DNA from: an uncultured Armatimonadetes bacterium
Lineage (GTDB): Bacteria; Armatimonadota; Hebobacteria; Hebobacterales; Hebobacteraceae
Reading direction: 5' to 3'
Assembly: GCA_963716175.1 (NCBI GenBank)
Contig: OY970296.1
Coordinates: 1,280,001-1,344,000, forward strand
Length of the DNA: 64,000 nt
Shown: positions 8,556 through 18,625 of the stretch, one piece after another
Layout of the letters: each line of letters starts with the position of its first letter
Numbering within the stretch: the stretch's first letter is position 1
The notes under the pieces: generated by a model
The model's database searches: none
The model's input: only the letters and a program-made list of their open reading frames with translations
What the model was told of the DNA's origin: nothing
Made by a program: the position numbers and the translations under genes

Positions 8556-10211
8556 TTGCGGGCTACTCCTCCCTACAAGCGTGATCGGAACCTGATCGCC
8601 GGGCTAGCGGCGGCCTGTTTGCTGCTGGCGATTCGCCCGGCGCTGGCCCAGCTCACTCTGGTGCCGCCCATCCGGGAAGTGTCGCTGCGTCCTGGTGCCT
8701 CGGTTGTGTTCCCGGTGCAGATTTCGAACGCCGGGAAGGAGGCACTGACCTGTGACATGAGCGGAGAAGACATGGAGCTGAGCGCGGTTGGGCGGCCCCA
8801 GACCGCTACGGAGGGGTACACGCGGGGCTGCGGAGGGTGGGTGAGCTTCAAGCCGGCGCGGTTCGAGCTTGGGGCCGGTCAGTCACAGAAAGTCGCGTGC
8901 ACCTTGCGCGCACCGCGCGGTACCAGCGGCGGCTACTACGCTCGGCTTCGCTGCTTGGCTAGGCCGGGCCGAGGCGCTGATCCCATACGTGGCGGCGCCA
9001 TCACCTTCGAGTACCAGATGAGCTGTGCCCTGCTGGCCATTGTCACCTCCGGGCGGCTTCACAGCAACATCTCGGCGAAGTCCATCCAGCTCTCGACCAA
9101 CCCCGGGCGAGCGCGAGCAAGCGGCTCTCCGGCCTGGGCGGCGCGTGTCGCGGTGCGGAACACGGGGAATGTTCACGCCATGCTCGAGGGCAGAGTGAGT
9201 ATACTGGACGAGCATGGTCGGGCGATGGCCCGCGCACCACTCCTGGGGGGGCGCGGCTATGTCCTGGCCGGGGGTGAGCGGGTCTTCCAGAGCTCCGGAT
9301 CGGAGCATCTGCCTGACGGGGTATACGCGCTCGCGGCGTCACTCCATCTCGCCGGCCGCAGGTCTGCACCCACCATCGCCAGCGTCTCCTTCACCATCCT
9401 GAACGGCGAAGTCCACCAAGGTGAGCCGAGCCCGGAGTCCCGGGCCCTCCTTGCCAGCCTGAACCCGGGATTCTACCTGGAACGGCCCACGGTCGAATTC
9501 GCCCTCAGCCCTGGAGGTAAGCGGCGTCAACTCGTGCCTATCGTCAACCGCACCGATCAGCCGATCGAACTTGCCGCGGAGCTTCGAGAGTGGGAGCTTG
9601 ATGCCCAAGGCGAGCTGACCTTTCCCCCCGGGCGGCCGGGGCACGGTCGAAGCTGCGCCGGCTGGCTGAGGGTCGAACCACCCGCCGTCACGTTACCTCC
9701 GCGAGGTCGCGCGCGCGTCGCGCTGCAGATCACGATGCCAAAGCAAGCGCACGGGGAGTACTATGCCGCGGTCGGGTTCAAGCGGCCAGACCAGACGAAG
9801 TCGTCGGACTCCGCGGCGCTGATCGCCGGCAGCGTGCTGGTGACCGCACGCGCCCGCCGCACGGAGAAGCCTGAGATCCAGGTGGCAAGCTTCGCGTTGT
9901 CAAAGCAGACACCTCGAAGCACCACCTTCCGACTGAGCGTGCGGAATTGCGGCAATGTCGAGTGCTTTGCCGAGGGTCGGGTGGCTGTCCTGGATAGCCG
10001 ACGACGCGTGGTGGTGGAGAACCTCCAGTTTGGCAGTGAGCAGCAGACACTCCTGCCAAAGGGTGTCCGCACGTTCGAGATCACGTGGCCTGGAGCGCTA
10101 TCCCCGGGGCCTCACACCGCGGTGATCGCGTTGAACTACTATCGCGGCACCACGGCACTTGCTAAGGAGGTGAGCTTTGCAGTGCCAGCTTCTCCCAAGA
10201 GGCGGAGCTAG
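8556..10211 (+). CDS. Periplasmic protein with two tandem chaperone-like modules (PapD-N/DUF916-like plus Ig-like)
   Basis: Signal peptide; duplicated motifs C.GW....P....L.....V......P....G.YY and VRN.GNV....EGRV..LD. Confidence 0.7.
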   Translation: MRATPPYKRDRNLIAGLAAACLLLAIRPALAQLTLVPPIREVSLRPGASVVFPVQISNAGKEALTCDMSGEDMELSAVGRPQTATEGYTRGCGGWVSFKPARFELGAGQSQKVACTLRAPRGTSGGYYARLRCLARPGRGADPIRGGAITFEYQMSCALLAIVTSGRLHSNISAKSIQLSTNPGRARASGSPAWAARVAVRNTGNVHAMLEGRVSILDEHGRAMARAPLLGGRGYVLAGGERVFQSSGSEHLPDGVYALAASLHLAGRRSAPTIASVSFTILNGEVHQGEPSPESRALLASLNPGFYLERPTVEFALSPGGKRRQLVPIVNRTDQPIELAAELREWELDAQGELTFPPGRPGHGRSCAGWLRVEPPAVTLPPRGRARVALQITMPKQAHGEYYAAVGFKRPDQTKSSDSAALIAGSVLVTARARRTEKPEIQVASFALSKQTPRSTTFRLSVRNCGNVECFAEGRVAVLDSRRRVVVENLQFGSEQQTLLPKGVRTFEITWPGALSPGPHTAVIALNYYRGTTALAKEVSFAVPASPKRRS

Positions 10212-10269
10212 CAGCTTGCCGCGTCGGCGACAGAACATGGCTGGCAATCGCTTTCCGGGAGGAAGTTGC

Positions 10270-11763
10270 ATGCGCAAGAGTGTTCTCGCGCTCGTACTGC
10301 TCTGCCTCCTTCTCGTCGGCAGCCCCGCATCCCGCCTGACCGCTGCCAGGGGGGCTGGCGATGAGGAAGCTCCGAAAGCCACCGAGGAGCAGGCGGCGCC
10401 CACTCCTCTGGCCGCGCCCTCCGTCTCGGCCGGGAGCGGCGAAATCCGCCGCAACGAGGCCGGCACTCCCCTCATCACCAACGTCTTCGCCGATACCGAC
10501 CTCCGCCAGGCGCTCTCCGATGTCGCGGCCCAGGCCGGGGTGGTGATCATCCCCGACGCCACGGTCCAGGGCACGGTCAGCGCCGACCTGAAAGATGTCC
10601 CACTCGAAAGCGCGCTGAGGATGCTGCTCATCTCGGGCGGCTATGCATTCAAGAAGATGGATGGCTACTACCTGGTCGGCGCTCCCGATCCCGCGAACCC
10701 CAATTTCTACCTGTTCAGCGAGACCGAAGTGGTGGAGCTCAATTATCTGGACGGCAATGCCGTCACCGCTTACCTGGTGGGCCCCTATGGCAAGTACGTC
10801 ACCGTGGAAGGAGCGCCGGCCCCGGAGCCAGAGCGGCAACAGGAGCGGCCGGCTCGCGCCGGCTACCAGCGTCCAGCGGCGGGCGGGCGCGCGACGATAG
10901 GAGGCACGCGACTCTTCATCACCGCGCCTCGCGAGATCATCGAGCGCATCAAGGCCGACCTGGCGCTGATTGACCGCCCGCGCACCCAGGTGATGCTGGA
11001 GGCAGTGGTGCTGGAGGTGACCGAGGATGCGCTGAAGGAGATCGGGGTGGATTGGGCCACCCGCTGGATTCGTTTCGCCTCCCAGGTAGGTAGCGTGCCG
11101 ATCGGCGCCCAGGGCTTCCAGGCGACTACCGGCCAGCCCACACTGACGTTGCCCGCGGGTTCATTCACCTATTCGGACCTCTCCTTCACGGAGATGGCCC
11201 AGTTGACTGCTCTCGTGGAGAAGGGCAAAGCCCGCCTGCGAGCCAACCCCCGGGTGGCGACCATCGAGGGCCAGACGGCCGAGATTGAGGTGGGCCAGGA
11301 GAAGTATTTCGCCATCGTCACCGGTCCGGTGACGTACCCCTACACGACCCTGCAACAGATTCCCTCGGGCATCACCCTCCGGATCACGCCGAGCGTGGTC
11401 GAGCAAACCAGGGAGGTGGTGGCGCGGGTGGAGCCGGAGGTGCGGGATGTCACAGGGAAGGGACCCAACGACCTGCCGGAGATAACCTATCGGCGGGCAG
11501 TTACGAACGTGCGGGTCAAGGACGGCCAGAGCATAGTGATCGGCGGACTGGCCAGTGAGTTCACCACCCGCACCACGGCCAGCTTTCCGCTGCTAGGGAA
11601 CCTGCCCCTGATTGGCAATCTCTTCCGACGGACGACCTCTCGTCAGACCAAGACGGAGGTGATCATCGTCATCACTCCCCATATCCTGGATGAGGCCGGA
11701 ACATACCCCGGTCGGCCAGAAGTCATCGGTCCAGATCGGAGCCCTAAGCCGGGCCAGCCCTGA
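10270..11763 (+). CDS. Secretin (GspD/PilQ superfamily) with N-terminal STN/N0-like domain
   Basis: D.DLRQAL..VA; IDRPR.QV.LEA.V.EV; ANPRV.T..G..A.I..G; V.V.DGQ.IVIGGL; P.LG.LP.IG.LFR; E.IIVITPHI. Confidence 0.92.
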   Translation: MRKSVLALVLLCLLLVGSPASRLTAARGAGDEEAPKATEEQAAPTPLAAPSVSAGSGEIRRNEAGTPLITNVFADTDLRQALSDVAAQAGVVIIPDATVQGTVSADLKDVPLESALRMLLISGGYAFKKMDGYYLVGAPDPANPNFYLFSETEVVELNYLDGNAVTAYLVGPYGKYVTVEGAPAPEPERQQERPARAGYQRPAAGGRATIGGTRLFITAPREIIERIKADLALIDRPRTQVMLEAVVLEVTEDALKEIGVDWATRWIRFASQVGSVPIGAQGFQATTGQPTLTLPAGSFTYSDLSFTEMAQLTALVEKGKARLRANPRVATIEGQTAEIEVGQEKYFAIVTGPVTYPYTTLQQIPSGITLRITPSVVEQTREVVARVEPEVRDVTGKGPNDLPEITYRRAVTNVRVKDGQSIVIGGLASEFTTRTTASFPLLGNLPLIGNLFRRTTSRQTKTEVIIVITPHILDEAGTYPGRPEVIGPDRSPKPGQP

Positions 11764-11765
11764 CT

Positions 11766-14700
11766 TCAGAACTTGATGCTGAGGGTGCGGCGGCGGGTCA
11801 TCTGCTGCTGGTCGGCGGTGACCTCGGCCTGGTCGAGGCCAGCTTCGGGGGCCAGGCCAAAGACGGCGGCCGCCAGCAGGTTATCCCCGCCCTGCTCCAG
11901 GGGTGGAGCGGGAAGAGGCAGGCGATAGGCGCCATCGCCCTGGCAGTCCGCGAAACGGGTGCCGTTGAGGTAGAGCAGCGCGCTGCCGTGCAGGCCCAAG
12001 TCCAGGTAGTAAGGGATGCGCCAGGTCCCCGCCCGAGGCAGTCCGAAGGCCACCCGATACCAGCCCACGCCCCACATCTCGGCCAGCTCGCGCCCCTGTG
12101 CGCGCCACGCGCCCAGGCGAAGCAGATGCCACTGGCTGGCGTCAAGATCCAGCTTGGCCCAGCCGGCCGCCTCCCCAGCCGGGCCGGAGCAGACCTCCCA
12201 GTTGCCGATGGGGACGCTGCCCTGGGCGCCAACCAGGGAGACCTCCGGAACACGCTTCGCCTCCCATAGCCCCGCGAATCCATCCTTGCGGGGCATGATG
12301 TCGAGAATGATCTCGATCTGATTGGGGCCTGCGGTCAGCAGCGCGGCAACATCGGCCTCGCGTTCGGGCGCGCTGCCGGAGAGTTCCAGCGCCGGCTTGC
12401 CGTTGATGAGAACGAGCGCGGGGTCGGTGGAGCCGGAGATCCGCAGGCGAGTTGACGCGCCGGACTCAAAGCTGGCGCGCAGGCGAGCGAAGCTACCGGC
12501 CCTCAGGTCCAAGGCCTCGGGTGCGAGCCCGAGACTGGGAACGGAGTGGCACACGCCCGCGGGAGCGGCGTCATCGGGCAGGAACCCGGCGCGATCGAAG
12601 CGCGCGGCGAGCTTGGGGGGCCCGCCCAGGAGGGCGTGACCCAAGCGCTGCAATCCGGTGGCGCGGCGCTCCTCCGCGAAGGGCTCGGTGGCGATGAAGC
12701 AGGTGAGCACCCGAGAGGGAGTGGCGAAGGAGAACTCCAGCGGTGCGCCGTCCAGGGTCACGGCGGAGGGCGGCGCCGGCAACGCAGCCGAGACCTGGAG
12801 ACTTCCTGCCTGGCAATCGAGCGCCACTTCGGCCAAGGATGGCGTGATGGAACCGCCCACAATGGCAGCGCCGGCGCTCAGGGCCAAGCCACCCGAGGGC
12901 CCGGCGATGTCGCCGACCCAGGCCGCGCGCTGGTGGGAGAGGATGGCGATTTCGAGGTCGTCAACCAGCAGATACTGATCCTGCCGGGAGTGGAAGTAGT
13001 CCAGGATGAGCGTGCTCTTCTCGGGGTCCCAGCGCTGCCGCTTGACCTCACCCGAGACCAGGGGCGGGCCCGGCCAGCCGAGGGCGACCTCGCCCGGAGT
13101 GTCCACATCCCCATAGAGCACCAGCAGCGTACGCTCTCCCACCTGTTGGAGGCCGGCGATCTCGGAAGTGGAGTAGTGCAGGAGGCCGCGCCCCACCGGA
13201 ACGCCCAGAGGCAGAATCTTGGCAGAGCCAGCGGGCAGGGTGATGCTGCCGGCCTCGGGGATGCTCACGGCGGCGGCGGTGCCAGGCGGGGTGTAGGTCA
13301 GCCGCACCTGGTGAGCCGCGCTTTTCTCGTCCCACAGGAAGAGGAAGCCGGCCTTTTCCCCCAGGCGGGCCGCGATCTGGACCCCGGGGTCGTCGGCTTT
13401 GGCGATCCCCTCGGCGGCCACGGCCCCGGTCAGCTCCGGGCCGAAGAGGCGCACGAAGCTCCCGATCAGCCGTACCTCTGGGTAGCCTGGGGTGCGGGCG
13501 CCGGCCAGGTCAATGATGCCGGCCGCGGGCTGGCCTGGCAGATAGGGCCCGGTTGCCTCCAGGCCCGGGGCGAAGTCCGAGAGCAGGATAGCGGTAGCTC
13601 CAAGACCGAGTGCGGCCTTGGCTGTGGAGGCGCTGCGGCGAGCGGCCTGCGGGCTGTCGCAGCTGCCGGGAAGGCTGGAGAGAACCGCGGGCCCGTTCTC
13701 CTCGCTGACCAGGGCCCGCAAGCTGGCGAGGACATCCGGCAAGCTCGCGGCTCCGTAGAAGGCCAGGGTGTCGAGCACGTTGGCGAGGCTCTGCCTGCTA
13801 TTGCCGCGGGCGGCCGGCGCGTTGGCGGTGAGCACCGGCACCTGGATGCCGGCCCCTCGTACCAGTTCGAGGAGGGCCTGAAGGGCGCCCGCGTCTACGC
13901 GGCCGCTCCGGTCGGGAAGGGGCCGGATGAGGACGTCCGCAATGGGGCCCCGGTTGGTCAACTGATAGCGCTTCACCATAGGAAGGAGGGCGCGATACCA
14001 GTCCGCGACGGCGCCCTGAAGGTTCTCCCCCGAGGCGCGGCCCAGCGCCCACCCCGGCACCCCGCCGGCCTCCCAGTCATCACCAGCATAGGGCCCGAGA
14101 TCGAGCTGCACCCAGAGCCCAGCTTCCTGGCAGAGGTCCAGGAACGCTTTCAGATCGGAGAGGTCGAGCTGGTCCGGCGTGGGCTGATGGTGGGCCCACG
14201 GAACCGTGACGGCCACCGTGTTCATCCCGGCGGCCTTGAGCAAGGACAGCCGGTCGGCCCAGACTGCTTTCGGGAGGCGAGCGTAGTCAATGCCGCCGCC
14301 GAAGACGACAACCGGCTGGTTGGCGAAGGCGAAGGCGCGGCGATCGAAGCGCGCCATCTCCGGCTTGGGAAATGACGGCCGCAGCGAGGCCGGCCTGGCG
14401 GCGGCGACCACCAGCCCGGCGGTGTCGGGCGCGAGCACCACCGCGACGGTCCGCTCCAGGCAGCCCTTGATGCCGGCGCCGTCATCATCGCAGGCGGAGA
14501 CGCTGAGATTGAGAGGCTGACCTGGGATGGGGCGAAGCGGGGCGAGCTCGGACCAGGGGAGGGCCAGCTCATAGCTCACGCGCCAGCCATGGTCCTCCGG
14601 CCGCGCCCAGATGCCCCGGCCCACGTTCCTGAGCTCGCCGGCGCGGGCCGCCGGCTGAGCGCGCCAGACCAGGGAGGCTCCTCTCAGCAGGGCCACCACG

Positions 14701-15101
14701 AACTGGTTCGCGGGCTCGGGGCCTTCGCCGGTGAGGGCGAGGACGATGCTGTCACCCCGATCGACCTCGGAGGGCGAGTGGACGCGAACCAGCACATCAT
14801 CGCGAACATCAATGGCCAGATAGAGCGCGCGGTTATCCCAGACCAGCCGGATTTCCGCGGAGATATCCTGCGGGCCGCCGTAGACCGCGAACTGAGGGGC
14901 GGCGGGATGCCAGTCCTCGGCGCTGGCCATCACCACCTGCGGGAGCGGGGACCAATCATCCAGCCGCCCGTCCAGGACGGGACCAGTGACGACGCGGGGG
15001 CAGATGATCGGTGAGCTGGTCGGGTGAGGAGGCTGCGCCCAGGCCGGGCCAAGCACAAGCAGGAGCAGCGGTCCGAACCAGAGGGAGCAGGTGCGTGTCA
15101 T
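11766..15101 (-). CDS. Secreted CBM9/DOMON-like plus GH35 beta-galactosidase-like protein, probably catalytically inactive
   Basis: Signal peptide; LDG.LDDW...YELALPW (CBM9-like); GG.DY.R...W.DRL..LKAAGMNTV...VPW..H (GH35); catalytic Glu positions substituted. Confidence 0.8.
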   Translation of the reverse strand: MTRTCSLWFGPLLLLVLGPAWAQPPHPTSSPIICPRVVTGPVLDGRLDDWSPLPQVVMASAEDWHPAAPQFAVYGGPQDISAEIRLVWDNRALYLAIDVRDDVLVRVHSPSEVDRGDSIVLALTGEGPEPANQFVVALLRGASLVWRAQPAARAGELRNVGRGIWARPEDHGWRVSYELALPWSELAPLRPIPGQPLNLSVSACDDDGAGIKGCLERTVAVVLAPDTAGLVVAAARPASLRPSFPKPEMARFDRRAFAFANQPVVVFGGGIDYARLPKAVWADRLSLLKAAGMNTVAVTVPWAHHQPTPDQLDLSDLKAFLDLCQEAGLWVQLDLGPYAGDDWEAGGVPGWALGRASGENLQGAVADWYRALLPMVKRYQLTNRGPIADVLIRPLPDRSGRVDAGALQALLELVRGAGIQVPVLTANAPAARGNSRQSLANVLDTLAFYGAASLPDVLASLRALVSEENGPAVLSSLPGSCDSPQAARRSASTAKAALGLGATAILLSDFAPGLEATGPYLPGQPAAGIIDLAGARTPGYPEVRLIGSFVRLFGPELTGAVAAEGIAKADDPGVQIAARLGEKAGFLFLWDEKSAAHQVRLTYTPPGTAAAVSIPEAGSITLPAGSAKILPLGVPVGRGLLHYSTSEIAGLQQVGERTLLVLYGDVDTPGEVALGWPGPPLVSGEVKRQRWDPEKSTLILDYFHSRQDQYLLVDDLEIAILSHQRAAWVGDIAGPSGGLALSAGAAIVGGSITPSLAEVALDCQAGSLQVSAALPAPPSAVTLDGAPLEFSFATPSRVLTCFIATEPFAEERRATGLQRLGHALLGGPPKLAARFDRAGFLPDDAAPAGVCHSVPSLGLAPEALDLRAGSFARLRASFESGASTRLRISGSTDPALVLINGKPALELSGSAPEREADVAALLTAGPNQIEIILDIMPRKDGFAGLWEAKRVPEVSLVGAQGSVPIGNWEVCSGPAGEAAGWAKLDLDASQWHLLRLGAWRAQGRELAEMWGVGWYRVAFGLPRAGTWRIPYYLDLGLHGSALLYLNGTRFADCQGDGAYRLPLPAPPLEQGGDNLLAAAVFGLAPEAGLDQAEVTADQQQMTRRRTLSIKF

Positions 15102-15435
15102 GCCACAGAGCTCCTTGTGAGTGACATCGGACGCGAACGTTTGGCGAACAGCAAGCATCTAATGTGCATTGACACTTGTGGAGCGGCCGAGTTCGCCCGG
15201 TGAGACAAGCTCTCGCCAGGCCCGGTGGCCTCCTCCGCAGGTGGGGATGATAGCCGATGACGGCTTGAGTGAGCTTCGACACAGCAGTGGCGGTTCCTAG
15301 CACATAGCAAGAACGTGCGAGAGGGAGTACCCAGGAGCAAGGCGAACCGAGAATGGCGTTTGCGTGACCGTGGCGCGGGGTAACCGTACGGGTAACCGGA
15401 AGGTTCGGTTTCCAGTACAAGGACGGCTTGTCTCG

Positions 15436-15469
15436 AGCCAGCCGGCAGGCAGTTTGGGGCTGGCTTTTT
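15436..15469 (+). terminator. Possible intrinsic terminator
   Basis: AGCCAGCC...GGCTGGCT followed by TTTT. Confidence 0.45.
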
Positions 15470-15654
15470 CGCGGCCATCGCACGCCGCCGTGGAACAACC
15501 CTGGATAGGGAAGAGCTTGCCGATGGCCGCAGCCTCGCTGTCGGCAGGTGCGCCGGAACTGGAATGGATGAGCTTCTTGAACGGCTTGTGCAGCAACAGC
15601 TACCGCTGTGATGCCAGAAGCTCTTCAGTAAATGCTTTGGGAGGCCTGTAGGAG

Positions 15655-15975
15655 ATGGCGACTTGTCCGAAGTGCAACACCATCAATGAGGAGGGGATGA
15701 CCCGCTGTGCTGCCTGCAAGTCAATCCTGCCGGTGAAGATCGGGAGCAAATCGGCCACCCGATGGGAACGAGTACGGCGCCTGCCGGACCTGGTGGGCAC
15801 CAAGTGCCCGAGCTGCGGCGCGCCCAATGCCTATACGCGCCTGCGGTGCCAGGCCTGCAACAGCTCCCTCACCAGAGCCGAGAGCAGGTCTCACCTGGGT
15901 AAGCTCTGGATCTATGCCGGCATTGGCGTGGTGATTCTGGCTACCATTCTGACGTTCGTGCTGCGGCACGCCTAG
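15655..15975 (+). CDS. Double zinc-ribbon protein with C-terminal TM anchor
   Basis: Four CxxC pairs (CPKC, CAAC, CPSC, CQAC); hydrophobic C-terminus. Confidence 0.8.
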   Translation: MATCPKCNTINEEGMTRCAACKSILPVKIGSKSATRWERVRRLPDLVGTKCPSCGAPNAYTRLRCQACNSSLTRAESRSHLGKLWIYAGIGVVILATILTFVLRHA

Positions 15976-16321
15976 CGAAAAGGGCGGCGGCTAACCTCCG
16001 CCCCAGGCGGACTTCCCACAGCCGCCCCCCAGCGCGATCCTGTCTTTCCTCCCTCTGTGGTCGGGGCGGCCGGGACTGGTGTGGCCGCGCCCCCGACCTG
16101 CCGCGGAGGCTTCCATCTCCCGTAGAGGCCGCCACCGTTGCTACAGCAGGGGCGATCTCTCACCCTGGCGAAGCTGCTGCCGATTCCACTGCGCCGGCCG
16201 CTCGACGGGTCGGTCCTCTAACGGCGAAGTGATCCGCGGATTGCGCAGATTAGGGAAGTCAGAGAAGCGGGGCGGCCAAGCCGCCCCGCAGCAGCGATCG
16301 GCGACAGAGAGGAGCGGAGTG

Positions 16322-16756
16322 ATGGAGCTATTCCCCGGTGGGCAGATCGGGGAGGTAGTGGCGCTGCGCTTGGACCAAGGCGAGGATGTGCTGGATGCCA
16401 TCACCGGGGCGGCGAAGCAGCTCGACCTCCACACCGGCGTCGTAGTCTCTGGCATCGGCACCCTGGACCGCGCGCGACTGCATCATATCACCCACACCGG
16501 CTATCCGCCCAAGAACCAGTTCGTCGAGTACGAGGGACCGATAGAGCTGCTCAGCATTCACGGGCTGATCGCAGATCACGCGCCTCATCTCCACACCTGC
16601 ATCTCGATCAAGGAAACCACCTACATGGGGCACCTAGAGCCCGGCTGCCGGGTGCTCTATCTCGCGGAAATCGCCATCGTCCGGCTGGAGGGGGTGCGGC
16701 TCTGCCGGCGGATGAACCCGGCCACCAGGGTAAGCCAGCTTCAGCGTGCGGACTGA
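16322..16756 (+). CDS. PPC domain/DUF296 protein
   Basis: RLDQGEDV, SGIGTL, ELLS..G, HLH and GHL motifs. Confidence 0.85.
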   Translation: MELFPGGQIGEVVALRLDQGEDVLDAITGAAKQLDLHTGVVVSGIGTLDRARLHHITHTGYPPKNQFVEYEGPIELLSIHGLIADHAPHLHTCISIKETTYMGHLEPGCRVLYLAEIAIVRLEGVRLCRRMNPATRVSQLQRAD

Positions 16757-16774
16757 CATTTGCAGCGCGCTCCC

Positions 16775-17701
16775 ATGAAGCGCTTTCTTGCCGCGGCCGG
16801 ACTGCTGATCGCGCTCCCGCTCCTCCTCGCCTACGGGGCGGCGACGGCCGGCGGCCGTGGGCAGCCCCGCCCTGCCAGGCCCTTCGGTTCGGAGCGCGCT
16901 TACCACGACCTGGTGCGGCAGTGCGAGTTCGGCCCCCGCGTGCCTGGCACGAAAGCCCACCATAAGTGTGCGCAATGGCTGCTGGACCAGCTCAGAGGCT
17001 GCGCGCAGGAAGTGAGCCAGCAGAGCTTCACCCAGCAGGTAGGCGGCGCGGAAATCCGCCTGACCAACCTGGTGGCAATCTTCAACCCGCAGGGCAAAGG
17101 CCATGTCCTGCTCTGCGCCCATTGGGACAGCCGACCGATGGCGGACCGAGATCCAGACCCCGCGCGGCGCGCAGAGCCCGTACCCGGCGCGAACGACGGG
17201 GCCTCGGGAGTGGCGGTGCTGCTGGAGATGGCGCGGGCCCTGAAGCGGCAGCCGCCCAAGGCGCGGGTGACCATGGTGCTGTTCGATGGCGAGGACTACG
17301 GCACGAGCGAGGCCAGCATGCTCCTGGGCTCGCGGCACTTCGCCAAGAGCTACGCGGGGCCGCCAGTAGACTGGGCCGTGCTGCTGGATATGGTGGGGGA
17401 TCGGAATCTGCGGCTGCCGCCGGAGCAGACCTCCTGGCAGCAGGCGAGGCGAGTGGTGGAGCGAGTCTGGGGCGCGGCGGCGCGGGCGGGCAGCAAGGCC
17501 TTCGTGCGCGAGGCCGGCCCGGAGGTGATGGATGACCACGTCCCTCTACTGGAGCGGGGGATACCGTGCATTGACGTGATTGACTTCGACTACCCCTACT
17601 GGCACACCACGGCCGACACGCCGGACAAGTGCTCGGCCGCGTCGCTGGGGCAGGTGGGGAGGGCGGTGCTGGAGGCGATCGGGGAGTATGGAGAGGAGTA
17701 G
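16775..17701 (+). CDS. M28 family peptidase/glutaminyl cyclase-like, secreted
   Basis: AHWDSRP, GANDGASGVAVLLE, FDGED, LLDMVG, DDH and WHT..D motifs. Confidence 0.9.
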   Translation: MKRFLAAAGLLIALPLLLAYGAATAGGRGQPRPARPFGSERAYHDLVRQCEFGPRVPGTKAHHKCAQWLLDQLRGCAQEVSQQSFTQQVGGAEIRLTNLVAIFNPQGKGHVLLCAHWDSRPMADRDPDPARRAEPVPGANDGASGVAVLLEMARALKRQPPKARVTMVLFDGEDYGTSEASMLLGSRHFAKSYAGPPVDWAVLLDMVGDRNLRLPPEQTSWQQARRVVERVWGAAARAGSKAFVREAGPEVMDDHVPLLERGIPCIDVIDFDYPYWHTTADTPDKCSAASLGQVGRAVLEAIGEYGEE

Positions 17702-17712
17702 GCTGCGCTGCT

Positions 17713-17738
17713 GGCAGGAGCTACCGCTCCTGCCCAAC
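17713..17738. repeat. REP-like palindrome, copy 2
   Basis: GGCAGGAGCTACCGCTCCTGCCCAAC between convergent genes. Confidence 0.7.
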
Positions 17739-17740
17739 AG

Positions 17741-18601
17741 TCAGAACGGCCAGTGATCCTGAAGCGCGCTCCGCGGGATCACGGCGCGGCAGGTCTTCTT
17801 CGGGTTGACGATCTGGGAGATGAGGAGGTCGCCCGCGGTGGAGAGCAGGCGGCGGGCCTCCACGTCGGAGATGCCAAGCAGCCGTGTCAGCAGCTTCGCC
17901 ATCTCGCCCACCGCTTGCCAGGCGGCCTCGTCCAGGGTATCCGCGGAGGCGAGCAGCATCAGCTGATCATCGCGTACCAGGTAGGGCGAAGTGGAGAGGG
18001 GGTTGGCTACCCGGCGGACGGAGAGCGTGACCTCGGCCGCGCACTCGATCCCAGTGCCGCCGCACTCGCCATCCCCCTGCAGGGCGTGCACATCCCCGAG
18101 CGCGAGCAGCGCGCCGGAGACCGCGACCGGGAGGAAGAGGGTGGCGCCGGCGCGCACGTCAATGGTGTCCAGGTTGCCGCCATGCTCGCCGGGGGTGGTG
18201 GTGGGCACCGGGTCGCCGGCCGGAGCCAGGCCGATCACCCCGATCACCGGCTCCACCGGCAGCCGCAGTCCCCAGGGATAGATCGCGACGCCATCCTTGA
18301 GTTCGACGACGGTGAAGCGCTCGCTATCACCCCCTCCGCCGATGAAGCCCCAGTCGGCCGGCCGCACCTCGTGGATGGTGATGGCCAGCGCCTCACCGGG
18401 CTGACTGCCCTTAACCTCAATGGGACCGGTGGCGGGATTGGCATAGGCGCGGGTGCCGCGGAGGGCGCCATCCCGGCCCACCAAACCTCCGTGGCAATCC
18501 AGAGTCTCGACCAGAACGGCCTCGCCTTCGTCAATCTGGTACACCGGCGGATGGTGTCGGCTCAACTCGCCGATGAAGTGGTCACTGGTTAGTCGTTGCA
18601 T
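17741..18601 (-). CDS. Acetamidase/formamidase family protein
   Basis: NPATGPI.V.G..PG, HGGNLD and GDVHA.QGDGE motifs. Confidence 0.9.
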   Translation of the reverse strand: MQRLTSDHFIGELSRHHPPVYQIDEGEAVLVETLDCHGGLVGRDGALRGTRAYANPATGPIEVKGSQPGEALAITIHEVRPADWGFIGGGGDSERFTVVELKDGVAIYPWGLRLPVEPVIGVIGLAPAGDPVPTTTPGEHGGNLDTIDVRAGATLFLPVAVSGALLALGDVHALQGDGECGGTGIECAAEVTLSVRRVANPLSTSPYLVRDDQLMLLASADTLDEAAWQAVGEMAKLLTRLLGISDVEARRLLSTAGDLLISQIVNPKKTCRAVIPRSALQDHWPF

Positions 18602-18625
18602 GAGGACTGCCTCCCTAGTTGCACG

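Noticed and set aside
12546-14375. Long antisense ORFs (also 19027-20637, 41281-43158, 56713-58008, 61954-63348 and others)
   Set aside because: Shadow frames of real genes in high-GC DNA, with no recognisable motifs
15410-15434. TACAAGGACGGCTTGT resembling the 3' end of RNase P RNA
   Set aside because: No GAGGAAAGTCC partner upstream and the region is too short
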